A stretch of 64,000 nt of DNA from Phoronis australis (lineage: Eukaryota > Animalia > Phoronida). The position numbers were made by a program, and so were the translations under genes. Each line of letters begins with the position of its first letter. The first letter of the stretch is position 1. Of the stretch, positions 49,661 through 63,324 are shown in pieces. The notes under the pieces were generated by a model that did no database searches, had not been told where the DNA came from, and saw nothing but the letters and a program-made list of their open reading frames with translations. Location: NCBI GenBank assembly GCA_002633005.1, contig NMRA01000210.1:515104-579103 (forward strand), read 5' to 3'.

Positions 49661-52600
49661 GCCTCCAACTGACCAGATCTGACTTCTGTGAATTCCAGCT
49701 TGTGTGCACAGCTACTAACCTGCAACCCTGTTGATGTGCTGTACCACCGTATGAAAGGCTATCTCATTTTCACCCATAGACTATGGTGTCTGTACCCACT
49801 GGCAGGGCCAGGGGACAGTCATCCTCATAGACATTCACTGCTTTGTAGCGACTGGATTTATCAGGTGCTCCCGTAGACAGTGAAATTCGTCATGGAACTG
49901 CATTTCAACCTGCCTTGCGCACGTCACTAGACCGTCACCTCTAGACGAAGTGTGCTGTATTTCAACGCGAAACTGTCAGCAATTCATGTTCCAAATCCGA
50001 CTCGTGTTACTGTAGTTAATTTGTTTATGAAGCATGCCGTGTCGTGGTCGTCGTGAAATGAGAGGTATAGGATTTCCAATTTCTCCATATTGTCATGCAT
50101 ATGTAAACATGTGATCTTTACTGTGGAACATTGGTTGTTGCCGAGATCATTTTACTGTGGCCGTAGTGATGTATTAGTCCCGTTTAACACTTATCACACA
50201 GTGCAATCACGTCTTATTGGTGGTTACATGTTGTGTTCGGATGTCACTTTGACATTGTGTCTTGTCTTTCACTTTTGAAGTGACTAGTGCTTTTTAACAA
50301 ATAATCATGTATTTGTATATATATATATATTTATACATCAAAATCAATGGCTTATGTCGCTCATTGTAAGTCTGCGAAGGCAGACATGCCCCAGAAAGCT
50401 AACTGGAGCCATAGATATGTAGAAACCAATGTAATCTTGGCTTAGTGTTTTGTGTTGAGCTTGTGGTATTGTTCATGAGCCTTTGTTGGGAAGACTTGCT
50501 TTATATAAAAAATAGGGTAGTGTCACTTATCTTTTTCCACAGTTGCAGGTAATTTACTCTTTTTGAAACCAGTTTGGTGACTTTTTCGAGTTCCTCGTTG
50601 TGAGTCTAAGCTAAGTGTGTCTGTTATTCAGGGTAACTCTTAAACTCTGACTCATTGATGCGAATATTGCCGAGTGCATGCACTTGTGTTGGAATGTTCT
50701 TGCTGACAAGTGCTGAGAACGGAACTCTTTGTATCTGATGCCGACTGGGAGGTGTGTTAAGGAGTAGTCCTTCTGTACAATCGAATCGTAGCAATGTGTC
50801 AAGTGTTGCATAAATGCTTCATTCCCACTAACAGGGCCACTTGAGGGAAATAGTTTGTTTCTCTGGAACGCACTCTTAATGAGTAACACGATTTATGGAG
50901 CTGTTATTTGGCAGTGCTTACTCGTAAAGTTAGTGGCACTGGAAGACTTTGATCAAGCAAAGAGGATTGGTCACATGAGATGGATGATTTCTGCTGCCAT
51001 GGTGTATTGGGAGGTACTTCTGGTTTGTAGCGGATGTTACAGGGGAACACTTTTGAGTGCAAAAAACATTTACTGTGTTTGCATATTTTAGATTTTTTTC
51101 CCAGGAGAGAAGTTATTTTGTTATCATCTAGGAAGTACACTACGGACATCTGCTACAAGAAATATTTTCCAGCGCCATATTATACAAAAACCTGACTCGA
51201 TAAACTTCTAGTAAACATCTATTGTGTCGCAATAAATGACAACTCTAACTACTTGGCTTCCAGTGAGCACAAATTTGCTGATCAATATGTTTGTTGAATG
51301 AGAATAAGATTCAAGAGGCTCCTGGTCACACTTGATGTACGAGATGAGCTTATCACCAGGGGCCTATTCTTCAACACAAGATACTTTCCTATGAAAGCTA
51401 TTGTGATTATGTGCTTCACTTATGATGCATGGCGATGTTGCTTTCCTTGCAAAAATGTTGCTCAGATTTGAACATTGAGCATGTGTGGTGATTCACTTAG
51501 GAGCAATTCTTGGGTGTGAGTCAGCGGGTTCACTTTATCGATTGCCATTGCTTCTCAATATTCTCTGGTTGGCTGAAGATCAGCTTATTAAAATCCTTTG
51601 CAGACCCAATGGGTTACTCAATAATCACTATGTGCTAATTAAGAAAGCTATTTAATTCCCGTTAACACCAGAGTGGATTGAAAACAGTTCGTCTCCATGA
51701 AGGTGTTTGGGTGATGTGACCCCCTGGTCTTGAATGCACACATTTCTATGAGTGCGACTCTCGTTGCTCTGCCGTCACCTCGTGAGTTTCCCATTGCTTA
51801 ATGTTCAGATTTAAGCAAACTGTGGATGGTTACGAATTTGTTCTGGAGTGATAGAGTAAACATCTATCTGATTTACACGCTGATGTTGAGGTGTCACCAG
51901 GGGACCACTAGTCCACTACATTTAAATTGATGAAAAATTAATTTGGTCGCATGCTACGTCATCGGAATGTCTGTATATTCTTTTTGTTTGTTGTTGCACC
52001 TTTTTAGATGATGGTTATAAGCCTATAATGACTGTATGTTATTGTTATATACATCAGTTGATGCATGTTCTCTAATGGCATCTCAAAATGTTATAGTTCT
52101 GCAAGTTTTTATGTATTCTATTGCTAGTAATGAACCAGTCTTATCATCTTTCAACAAGACTTCACGTTTCGTGTGTATGACAAATCATGTATTTCGTTTC
52201 TACTATAAAATACAGTAACGCTTGCTCTGTTGTATTGAGAATGGTATACGCATACAAAATATTTTTGTCTGCTTTAGCTACATGGCTGTCATTCGCTGTA
52301 GGGGTTCTCCCACTCACGGAAAATATGGAAATTTGCTACTATAGGGAACTTTTTGTATAAAAACTATGGAGGGGCTGTAGGGAGGGAGGGGCTGTAGGGA
52401 GGGAGGGGTGGGTATTTCAAAACTAACTCCAGTGGCATACACACCCATTGATTGCTGAATCAATCACCACCTCACCCCCCTCACTGGAGCCATGATCGAA
52501 TTTTGACTGCATCGTATTGTGTAGACTTGTGCTAATATCTGCATAAGGTGGATGGAATTGGGTACTGAGAAACTTGATAAATTGTTAATATACCCGCACC

Positions 52601-53465
52601 AGCCATGAATGAAACCTTTGACAGGTAAGGACCTCTATGGTCTGTTTCATGAAAAGTGACTAGAGACAGAATTTTGACTCGCGTTCCCACGTTTTTATGA
52701 ATTAAGTTCATGCCACGTAATTGCTGTCACATCACAGATTATAAATTATTTATGATAAATATATGAGCATGTGGCATATTTTCAGACACCCTGTACTTTT
52801 GCCGAGGTTACCTAAAATGATTTTTCAAAAATCGTGTGGCCTGCAGGTCTCGAGTAACTTTTCGTAAAACAGACAAGCTCGGCCAGTTCTAGGAATCCGT
52901 CGTGGGAAGTCGACTTGTTGCCAATGTCATTACCGCAGTTTGTTCTGCCGCAGATGAACACTTTGGTCTATGACCACTTTACTCAACAAGATAGTAAACA
53001 AATCAGATGCCACTAATCCAGTAGTTTCAAATTTCGTGGTCTTAAAGCATGTGGTTAATTTTTCTTAAATGACCGCACTCTTCTTGATTTCGTGTTTGAT
53101 CAATTCTCATTGGGAGTGTAAAGCAGTGTGTCGAACAAAGATTGAAAGCGATTACAGCGAAATGTTTAGTACTTCCCCAGAGGCTGTGTTGATAAAAGTC
53201 TCCATCTCTTGTCAGTTGCTTGGCAGAAAGAATCTTTGTACAAGTTTCAATGAAGATTAGCTTTGTTTCACGTTTATTCTTTTTGAGAGTTTATTATTTT
53301 ATCCATAGTCATGGATTAGAACGTGACCTTGACATTGACAAGCAGTATGTTACAAGACATTACTGGACAATGATTTTGGTTAAAGTTTTAGTCTTTTCTT
53401 ATACAAATGGTTATATTATTGTGAAAGAAAATCTTATATCGATGTTAGTTATTTGTCTAAATAAA
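49661..53465 (+). other. Probable non-coding terminal (3' UTR) exon of ERK
   Basis: Acceptor TGCTTTGTTCCATTGTAG at 49660; long TGT-rich UTR-like tract; AATAAA at 51231-51236 and 53460-53465. Confidence 0.5.
52639..52874. mobile_element. MITE family A copy in the putative ERK 3' UTR
   Basis: GGTCTGTTTCATGAAAAGTGACT / AGTAACTTTTCGTAAAACAGAC. Confidence 0.65.
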
Positions 53466-53850
53466 ATTTTCATTGGTATTATGATGAATTTGTTTCCGTG
53501 TTATTATATCACAATATTTGTTTACCATTTTTGTGTGTATTTATTTTTGTGTGTATTTAGGCCCATGCACTTGTGTGTGACAGTGCACTTATATGCAGAA
53601 CTACGCACATGGACCTATGTAATGAAACACTTGAGTAGAACCAAGCACTGCAAGTAATGTTTACCTGATCTGTTACAACAATTGATTTTGACATGCAGTT
53701 AATTTAAATATTAGACATTTTAATGAAAAGTACGAACCTGGGACAAAAAGGCATACAAAAACATAGTTTAAATTAAAACGCACACACACACATATATAAA
53801 TAATTTTATATATAACAGAATGTGTTTAAGTGCTCGGGTAAAAAAAATTC

Positions 53851-55126
53851 TTTATGCGCCCACATATTTATATGTGGGTGCATATTGCCGTCATCTCTGT
53901 CTGGGCATCCGGCGTCTGCATCTACTAAACCCCTTGCTAGATCTTATTGAAATTTGGCAGGTGTGTTCCTATGGGTTTGACGACAGAGGGCAAAGAGTTT
54001 CGGACCGACCCAAATACCGCTGTGCCCCCCTAGTGGCAAGTTTAGTTTTTTACGTTTGTCTATCTTCAAAGGTCTGCAACCGATTTTCATGAAATTTGGC
54101 ACATAGGCATCTATTAATGAGGTGACGCTATCCTCCCATTTTCCGATGGATTCGAGGCATTTTGCGCCATCTGGTGGCCATTTTTACTATTTTCGAGTCC
54201 GTTTTTTTGGCGTACGTCTCACCATCAACCGAACCACTCTAAGGATGATTGTGAAAATTGACATGTATGTTCTTACTATGAAGAGAACGGTTGACAATTT
54301 TCCTACGACTTCGACTAGTGTGGCACCTCCTAGTAGCAGTTTTGTTTGTTTTTGCGCCCACGGCTGTATCTCCTAAACACTCTACAGGATCTTTATTAAA
54401 TGTAGCAAATGTGTTTATATGAATTTAACAGCAGACAATGATGACTTTCATGACTCCGACTAACACTGCCCCCTAGTGGCAATTTCATTTTTTCTGTTTT
54501 CCTGTTTCTCTGAAGTTCCTTGACGAGTTTTCATGCAATTTGTTAAATAGCTTTCTTTTAAAGAAACTGACATTTTCCGGTTTTCATATGGATTTTACAT
54601 ATTTTGCACCATCAAGTGACCATTTTTACTGTTTTCTAGTCTGTTTTTGTGGTCTGCCCTCTGTCAACCAAACCACTCTTAGGATGATTGTGAAAATTGG
54701 CTTATATATTGTTAGTGTAAAGAAGACATTTGACGATTATTTTCCGGCTTCAATTACTGTGGCACCTCCTAGTGGCAGTTTTTTGCGCCCTTAGCTGTAT
54801 CTCCAAAACCCTCTGCAGAATGTTTATTAAATTTAGCAAGTGTGTTTATATGATGTTGATAATGGAAGACGACAACTTTCAGACGGATCCGATGAACCTA
54901 CTGGCAATTTCATTTTTTACATTTTGCTAAAGTTTCTCAACGCATTTTCATGAAATGTGGTGAATAGCTTTCTGTTAAAAAATGGTGACATTTTCCAGTT
55001 TTTTGATGGATTCGAAACATTTTTCACTATCTAGTGGCCATTTTTATGACACAAACAAACACCCTAGAAGCACACTGTTTGCAGTGCATTCGTGGGTGCA
55101 TTTCAACGCTCTGCCTTGCACTTGTT
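53851..55126 (+). mobile_element. Independent, diverged full-length copy of the HINE-like element between ERK and PAGR1
   Basis: 5' palindrome ATGCGCCCACATAT-TT-ATATGTGGGTGCAT, about 8 monomers, 3' GTGGGTGCAT plus CAACGCTCTGCCTTG, ends in CTTGTT. Confidence 0.78.
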
Positions 55127-56260
55127 TTGGACGTAGGTGCATAGGCTTAAACACATGCATACCCACAGAATACCATGAAACGTGCGATGAATGAATATCA
55201 AAACATGACAATAAATTCCGTGTGTGTTCAATTTTATAATGGACAATAAAAAGATGACAATACAAGTATAAATTGCAGAATACTCTACTCTAGTTGATTT
55301 TCCAAGGTATTGTCAGGAAAGACCTTAACCTATAATAGGGCAAACTATTGATCTACAAATGTCTTCCGCACACAGAATGGACCACAGTCTCCCAAATATG
55401 GAATCACTCGAGAGCCCAAAAGTAAACTTCAATCATCAAACCATGTTGCGATGTGCCCGGTTTATAATTTTCGCTCATTGATAGCTTCCTGTCTCAAGTC
55501 AACAGTAATAGTGCTTCTGATTTGGTTCATGGACCAGCAAACTTCAGATAAAAACAAACATTTTAGAAAATTCCCAGGTGGGTTTATTGTAACATAATTT
55601 GACACGCAATTATTAAAGCCACAATAAACCTCTGTTCTATCAAAAAATAACACCATTAACACCACTTTTCATCGCCGACATCAAACAACTTTCAACTTGT
55701 TTTTTACTCACATGAAAAGTGGTAAGTGAGATTCAAAACGACAGTTCATTTACTCTTGAGACTCATTTACTATGAAAATCAAGATTATACTGTGTGTTAT
55801 CTTACTGATATGAACCACTAAAGTAATAAGCACATGAAGTATCAAGTCTTTGCCTCAGTTTGGTCGGTAGAGTGCAGAATCAGCGACCAGCCCCTTGAGC
55901 TCAGCATTCATGTTGCCATGGTGATTCTCTGTCTTAGCAAAACGTCTGTCAACTGAGTAATTAGCAGTATTCTCATATGCAGGTCCGAGTGATTCTGCGT
56001 TCTCGAGACTGGAGATAGTAAATTCAATAGTTGAGCAGGTTGATTTCAATGTTGAAAACACATATTTCTCACTCCACCTGATTTAGACAACAAATGTCTC
56101 TGATAAACAAGACGATGGCTTGAAGCTGTGCTTCACATTTGCAGACAATTTCTGCACATAAATATATGCTCGTTTTGGATGGTAAAAAAGAAATGCTCTG
56201 TCACAATTCCACCATCCTGATGATTTTACACTTTACTTCTTCAAAAGCTGCCACTGCGCA

Positions 56261-56384
56261 ACATGCCATATCATGTCACAACATGCCATGTCATGTCACA
56301 ACATGCCATGTCATGTCACAGCATGCCATGTCATGTCACAAGATGCCAAGTCATTCACAACATGCCATGTCATGTCACAACATG
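56261..56384. repeat. Minisatellite, 20-bp unit ACATGCCATGTCATGTCACA, about 6 copies, right after the PAGR1 stop
   Basis: Direct reading; built from NCATG pentamers. Confidence 0.9.
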
Positions 56385-56527
56385 TCAAGGCATCGGTCTA
56401 ATCTTAATTCCGGTCACTGGTCTACTAGGTGTACTGGCCGTCTGATCCTTCTTGTTTTTAAAGAGGTCACCCATGATTTTGTCCATTGAAGCGACACGTT
56501 TTTGACTCTTTGGTGTCTTGGAATGGC
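56385..56527 (-). CDS. PAGR1: PAGR1/PA1 last coding exon
   Basis: Minus strand ttttag|; GHSKTPKSQKRVASMDKIMGDLFKNKKDQTASTPSRPVTGIKIRPMP-stop; in phase; KRVASMDKIM resembles the family KREARLDKVL helix. Confidence 0.75.
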
Positions 56528-57841
56528 CTAAAAAGACAAAAAACGTGACTTTTATAGAAGAATCTTCCAATTTTCAAGAAAACAGTTAAACTATAGTCTG
56601 ATCTATAATTGCAGCTGAAAATGACTATTAGCTGGCTAAGCCTTTAGCTGCCATCAACTTTAAACTCCTGAATAGAGTACATGCCACAAGATGTCAGGTG
56701 TTCTGCAGCTTCACAAAGGATATACTCAACAGACAGAAAAACCAGATGATATTAATGTCACTTTAACTTTCAGTGGTGCCACCTAGGAATTAATTCCAAC
56801 ACACTATTCAGTGCACGTATCAGAAACAAGAATAGTTAGTCACCAGGAAGATGATGACCTGTACATGCAAATATCTTGAAAACCTACAGAAATGCCATGA
56901 ATTTCTTTTTTCATTTACCAATTAAGCTAGCATAGATGTTTGGGATATTTTTCCAAAACTACACTGGTGTGTAGAGATGAAAGTGAAGGGACACACATAA
57001 GAACACAACTATGTATGCATACGCCTGTGCCCAAATACTACCACCACAGTCCGGAGACGTGACTTACACAATGTTCAAGTTTGGTTGAGATAATCCTGCA
57101 TGCAATGTCCCCTTAGGATTGGAAAGTGTGCCACTTCTAAGTAAAACGCAAAGACCAGCATCAGCAGGACAGGTAGAAATGCACACTGAACTGTCATTTA
57201 TAAAATACAGCAGTTTGTGTCTTTCGCTGAAAAAACTACCAAGCTTCGGGAAGAACAATAATTAAGGACCCTAAATGAGCACATGGTGCATTCTCCAATT
57301 TCGTTGTAATTAGCCACAACACTGCACTTTATTAAAGCACTAACTTCACAGTGGTTGCTATGGTTACAAGCATTAATTTTACATTAAAAATTGATATATC
57401 ACTCCAATGCCAATAAGGTTTTACTGGTGGATAGTGAAACGCAATGATGACATACAAAATATGAAAAGCTAAGGAAGAGGGCGCAATAACTTGTTCCTCA
57501 CTTGCATAACTAAGCGAGTTAGCAGCGCCTACATTTTGAAAACTAAGTCAAACAAACAATACGTTTTTCTACCCGAGTGCAGCTGAATTCCATCAAGAGT
57601 GTTATGATTTCACATGTGTAAGAAGACAAACATAAAATTCAGAATTAAGGAAATTAAAGACGTCTTCAAGTTTTCAAGACGGAGCATTCAACCAGCATTT
57701 TAGGTGTGTTAAACAGTCTCACACTCGTTCTATTTCAGCCTAAAGACACCGATTTTTGGGATTCCAAAAGCTCACTTGATCCTAACCCTTTTTCCCTCAT
57801 CGGTACACAATACCTGGTGTTTTACGCGGTGTACACTATAC

Positions 57842-57915
57842 CTGGTGTTCTACGCGGTGTCACTAAATTTGTTTCAGGTGCATCATCAAAGTCAAACTCT
57901 GTATGAACCACTGGC
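57842..57915 (-). CDS. PAGR1: PAGR1/PA1 coding exon 3
   Basis: ttgcag|PVVHTEFDFDDAPETNLVTPRRTPG|gtatag; EFDFDD and RRTPG are hallmark PAGR1 motifs. Confidence 0.88.
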
Positions 57916-58454
57916 CTGCAACAAAGAGACATAAGATAGAAGACATAAGTCTTTTCCACCTTTGGATGGGCTGAGGTGAATCTCCACAGACTCCTGAATA
58001 GTTGTTATAGACACACAAGAACAAAATGGGAGGATATCGAAAGTGTGCCAGCATTCAAGAAAGTTTTGTATCACGTAACAAGATAAAAGAGTCACGGAGT
58101 TAAAAATTAAGGCCAATTAACCAACTAAACACTGAAGAGCTTCTAAACTACATGTTTAAGGCATGTTTCTGTGTATGACTGTTTTAAAATGCAGAAGAGA
58201 CTCAAAAAAGATAACTCAACAAGTCACCACAAAAGGAAGCAAGTCTTAAATCTTAGAGATATGATTTTTTAGCCGTGCGGTTTCCCTTGTATCCAAATAG
58301 GCCTTGTGTACAAATCGTTGTATAATACATTTAATATACATTTTTAAATAATCTTGCATTTTATACCACATTATCAGCCTAACACGGCCAATACAACCGT
58401 TAAATAACTCATTTAGTTATTCAGTGCATGTTGAATAGCATTTTGGCGGGAACC

Positions 58455-58526
58455 CCAGGCTGGTGTCAAACCCGCTTCGCAAGAGTTCCGAGTTGTCAAC
58501 TTAACCGCTGAGCCACACAGCAGCCG
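58455..58526 (-). mobile_element. tRNA-like SINE head fragment
   Basis: Minus strand TGGCTCAGCGGTTAAG (A box) ... GGTTTGACACC (degenerate B box). Confidence 0.4.
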
Positions 58527-60019
58527 ATGTCATCGAACAAGAAAATAGAATATTTAAATGAGGATGCGCAATAATCACATGTTCAACAAATGGCATTGTA
58601 CCAACATTTATACGCTATGAAAAATAAGACGCACAATTTCAATAAAAACGACATCTATAATTCAGTAAAATTTGTCATTTTCCCTCACTTGTAACTCATC
58701 GATCTCCAGTTTGAATGCGGGTAATGTATCATTGAGATCCTTTGACTTGGACATTATACTCAGAAACCAGTGATAACCTACTTTAGCAGATGACATTTTC
58801 ATGGTGGAAACTTAGCATGGTAAGACGTGTAGTAAGGTAGACTAGTTGCTTAAAACTTATTTCATACATCCACTTTAAAATTTTCAAATTGGTTTTGAGT
58901 AAAAACATTATTTTAACAAGAATAACTTGGCATTTCTTAAAAGGTCATGACCTCCGACCCCCAACCCCGGAATTATTGCCAGAGGGGTGTTAGTTCCCTC
59001 CGGGAGAAAATTTTCCAAAATCCACTCGGGCTCTAGATTACGGGGAATAACGACTTCGCCGTGTAATAATCTATATGTAGTTTATTTCCCTATACATGTA
59101 CTGTTTCCTGCTGTTAGCTTTGTTGTTCTCACTTGTTTTTATCTATTCAATATATTGTTACACGGTGGTAAGTTATCAGCGGCCCGTGCCTTTGGTGGCC
59201 ACCCAGTCATATAACAATGTATGTTTTTATATGATTTAAAAAATAAAGTTTGTTTCTCTCTCCCTCTCGCTCTCTCCCTCTCCCTCTCTCGACCACTTAC
59301 ACCAGTTCTTTCCATGCCCAGACACCCCTTTTAATTGGAGTAAGGAAAAAGCTGAGAGCAGCTGTAGTAAGTGGTCTATCACAAGTTTGTTTATTTGACA
59401 AAACGCACGTTTAATTAAATGGATGTTTTAAATACTACTCAATCTTGTGTACAGTTTATTACCATGTGTTTGATCTCTCAGTGCCACGGAAGTTTTAATG
59501 GGCTGCACACTACTGTACTAAGATAAAATGCCGACACAAAGAAATCTGTCAAATTCGACACACATCCATACCTTCTCAAACTATCACCTGTGTTTGCATG
59601 ACTACACTCAAAGTTTTCGAAATTTCATCAACCTAAGGTGAAGTATAAAATTGATTTTCCTACTTTCATGACAAAGTTCAACTCGGGAGGGCCCTATTCC
59701 TGAACACAACCCCTAAACCACTGTCACTACACACAAGGTTTCTACTCCAATTGTGTTTTCAGTCTCCGTGTGCTTTTCTAGGATATAATTTTTTTCCACG
59801 AGTTATTTTTCCGACAAAAAAAAAGACTTGCGACATTTTTGGCTAATGATTGTTGCAAAACTTAACTGAATGCACAAACTCGTAATATGAATTGCAAATT
59901 AAACGTGGTGTTTCGTACATCACGATGCATTCCACACATTTTCCATGAGTCTTTTATAACTTTTTTCCTCCCATGAATTTTATTTTTCCAGATTATCATT
60001 GATGAGTGTAGTCCCTTAC

Positions 60020-60188
60020 CTGTCAATCTCCATGTGTTGCGCCGTCTCCTCAGGCTCCGTTTGCATTTCTATTTTTTCCACTTGAGGTGATCTACGACCA
60101 GGCATAATCCAGGACACACTTAAGCATCTTGGGTCTTCTGACAGTTTAGTATAAAGGTCAATAACATCTTTTGGAAGTGGCTCCCATA
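60020..60188 (-). CDS. PAGR1: PAGR1/PA1 coding exon 2
   Basis: ttccag|VWEPLPKDVIDLYTKLSEDPRCLSVSWIMPGRRSPQVEKIEMQTEPEETAQHMEIDR|gtaagg; W.P.P..I..LY and W..PGRR.P motifs. Confidence 0.88.
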
Positions 60189-61559
60189 CTGGAAACAAAA
60201 ACCAATAAACCAAGCTGTCAAGAAATTTGTTTCAATAATTAATATACAAATCAAAAACCGAATCTGACTCATCTACTCACATCATTTATAAGTACTTGGG
60301 TAATCGGAACTCACTTCAGTCCATAAGCATGTTATGATATTGGAGTCCACGGTTTCGAGTTGAGCATGTGTAGCGCATGTACACTGCCGTGATAGTGAAC
60401 TAATCAATTTTTACATTGTGCACCCTGAGGCACAACAATGAAAATTAAATGCAGATTTCTCGCAAAATTGCGAGAAGAGAGACACAGTCACAATGAAAAG
60501 AATATGACAAAAACAACAAAGCCACAAAATTGAAAGAACATGTCCACTGCAACATGCTTTTTGGTGTGGTTTGACTAATCAATCATCAGAACAGGTCCAC
60601 CGCAACATGCTTTTTGGTGCCATGGTTATGACTAATCAATCATCATTCAAAAATAAAAGATTGAAAGTGAGCCTCAAATTACATTGGATTAATACAGAGA
60701 TTAGCAAATATTTTGCGCAAAACATTCTTGAGGCACGCACCATCTTATCACGCTTAAGTTAAATCTCAACGTCTTTAACGCAAATTATAAACCAGGGTCC
60801 TATCTCGTGAAAAGTGACTTAAAAGTGTATATTTTATGAATTCTAGCTTACGATTTCACCTGTTTCGGAGACCGAGTTTCAACCACTTTTGGGTTATAAT
60901 AAGCGCCTCCCTTCCTGAAGTGGATTTTTCTAAGCGCCCTGGCCGCTTATTATGATGAATACGGTAATATTTCAGAAGGGCAATACTTTATGCAAGGGAC
61001 CCTTTTGTTACATTAGGAGTGGGATTGGTTTATTATGTACCCTAAAGGTGGCATAGGACTTTACAAAACTGGTTGCAGAATTTTGTTTTCGTCATAAACG
61101 TTCATTTGAAAGGCTTAAGTTTGGAAATGTTAGGACTTAAGGCGGAAATTTAAAAACCATTTATCCCCTTACAAAAATTTAACATTGAAGAATAAAAACA
61201 ACCTTCACACCCCTCTGGTGTTCCTGTTCCATGTTTTCAAAGAAGTTGGTTGCATTTTCATAGACTACAGTTGACAGATTTTGTGCGGCATATATTCGAC
61301 ATGAAATGAGTATGTAACCTGCTGTTGAATAGCGAGATCGATTTCGAGAAGGCAAATTGGTCACTTCTGGACTATTAATGTGATCTTTATTGATGTTAAA
61401 GGTTTTACCAGCATTCAATTTATTTGTTCATGGATTTATAAATCGGCTAAGTCGGTGATCCAAACCCGCCGAAATGTGCGTATTCTGCTGAGATAGTAAC
61501 CGCCAGATTAGGGCCAGCGATGATGACTAATTTGATAATTCGCGCACTAGGCTATGGCT

Positions 61560-61712
61560 GAAGTTCCTCCAAAGGACAGGATTTCGTGAATCGCTATCTT
61601 TTGAAAGGTTTTTCTCCCACAGCCGATTATCGGGTCTCCGTACGCTATGGAAGCTAATGCCTTTGCATTTCAACTGTGTGGCGGAACAACCGGCCACACA
61701 GCAGCCGACCAT
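61560..61712 (-). pseudogene. Degenerate THAP zinc-finger relic, probably from a DNA transposon, in a PAGR1 intron
   Basis: MVGCCVAGCSATQLKCKGISFHS matches the THAP N-terminus M..CCV.GC......GISFH; the downstream CxxHF is not retained. Confidence 0.6.
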
Positions 61713-62175
61713 ACTGGAAGCAAAAACCAATAAATAATAATGACGTAAGGGCTTGTGCGAAACAGCACAGATTTCGTCCATTGAAAGTATACTGAGTTGG
61801 CGGTCCATGTACTATAGTCTATGCTTTAACAGAAACAGTTTGCATGAAGACATCTACCCAAATAACTTACTTATCTGACAATAATGTTGATGTAACTATA
61901 AAGAAAAATGAAGTCAACAGTTCAAATTTGAATGAGATACTCATGTGCCAAAAATTCTCACAGGAATGGAAATGTACTGCCATAATTTCAAAGTGATAGT
62001 TGTTTCAGCGTAAACAATTCCAAGTTTTCAAATCACATGTTCAAATAATTATGCTCCAACAATTTTGTGCAACATGCCTTTACCGTGAACTTTGCACCCA
62101 TCACGAGAAAATTTCCCCATTGTTAGAATATGCATTCAAATTTGAGCTCCACACACTAAAGATGACATCCCTTAC

Positions 62176-62260
62176 CTCTAGGGGAGTACTTTGCTGGATT
62201 GTAAGTGTCATCATCACTCTCCTGAACACACCAGTCTTCATCCCCCATGTCTGCAGACAT
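62176..62260 (-). CDS. PAGR1: PAGR1/PA1 first coding exon (ATG directly after an acceptor, so a 5' UTR exon lies upstream)
   Basis: ttccag|MSADMGDEDWCVQESDDDTYNPAKYSPR|gtaagg; EDWCV..SDD motif. Confidence 0.87.
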
Positions 62261-62952
62261 CTGGAAAATAGCATCTGGCTTAGTTAGCAGTTCAAAACAA
62301 CAGCCAAGCCGATTTAAGGCAAATGGTAACCACCCAACTTTTAATGTGAATTTTCAACTGTTACAAAAAAAAGTACTTGGTATATATATTTTCAAAATCC
62401 ATGATGACTGAAAAAAATTGAAATGAAGCTTTAAAACGTCGCGCAACTACCACTTGCTTGAAGAGACGTAGTTGTGCTTTGCGCACAAGTTTTTTTAAAA
62501 ACCCAACCTGCTGGCAGTACAATTGAGATGAACGTTCTAGTAACAAAGTTACTGATATGGAGAATTGTTTTTCAGCCACTCACAAGTATACCCCGAGTCA
62601 GTGCCAACAGTCTCACTCCAAGACACTTAATATGTACAGTGCAATGCAGTGCCAGTGGTCTGAGGTCTCAGTTGGCAGTCCGAAGAGCTACTGGTCTGAA
62701 GGGTCGATAGTTCGAAAACATTCTTTTCAACTATTGGCCTTTAGACTAAACAAGCATTCAAGTTTGTCATTCTATAATTTATATTGCTATTTTTATCACT
62801 TAATGGTTGTTAGTCTATAAGGCCGATAGTCCAAAGAGTCACTTTTTGATATTCATCTGACAATCTTTCAACAATGTCATTGGTCAAACAGCAGGCAATC
62901 AGGCCATCAGGGACGAGCACCTCGGTTGGGTTTTATTGAAGCTTGAGTAGCT

Positions 62953-63324
62953 CACAGGCATCTTCAGCTAATTGTCCCCAATACACTATATAATACTATA
63001 AGGTACATGACACTCCGGACTACAAATTCCACGGGTGCTTCACTTCAGCAGTCCATAGCAAATGGAATATGGGCCGGACAGCCGACGTCGACAGTCTCCA
63101 AGACGAACAACAGTCGTCTCTCGATGCCGACAGAAGGCACACGCTGCAGAAGGCCAGCGAAGCAGACTGAGCAGAGAGACAGGTCAAATAACGTCTCACT
63201 ACATTGCTATGGACAACTGAAGTGAAGCACCCATGGAATTTCAAGTCTGGAGTGCCATACCTTGTAGTATTACTAGTATTATATATAGTGTATTGGGGAC
63301 GATCAGAAGCTGAGGACGCCTGTG
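62953..63324. mobile_element. Foldback MITE with ~110-125-bp TIRs and 8-bp TSD (hAT-like)
   Basis: CACAGGCATCTTCAGCT..CAGTCCATAGCAA / TTGCTATGGACAACTG..AGCTGAGGACGCCTGTG; GAGTAGCT at 62945-62952 and 63325-63332. Confidence 0.85.

Noticed and set aside
55855-56061. Minus-strand 68-aa ORF as an extra PAGR1 exon
   Set aside because: Lies after the in-frame stop, has no recognisable homology and no convincing splice path
61527-61808. Functional nested THAP gene
   Set aside because: Only the N-terminal half of the motif is recognisable; the CxxH zinc ligands are missing
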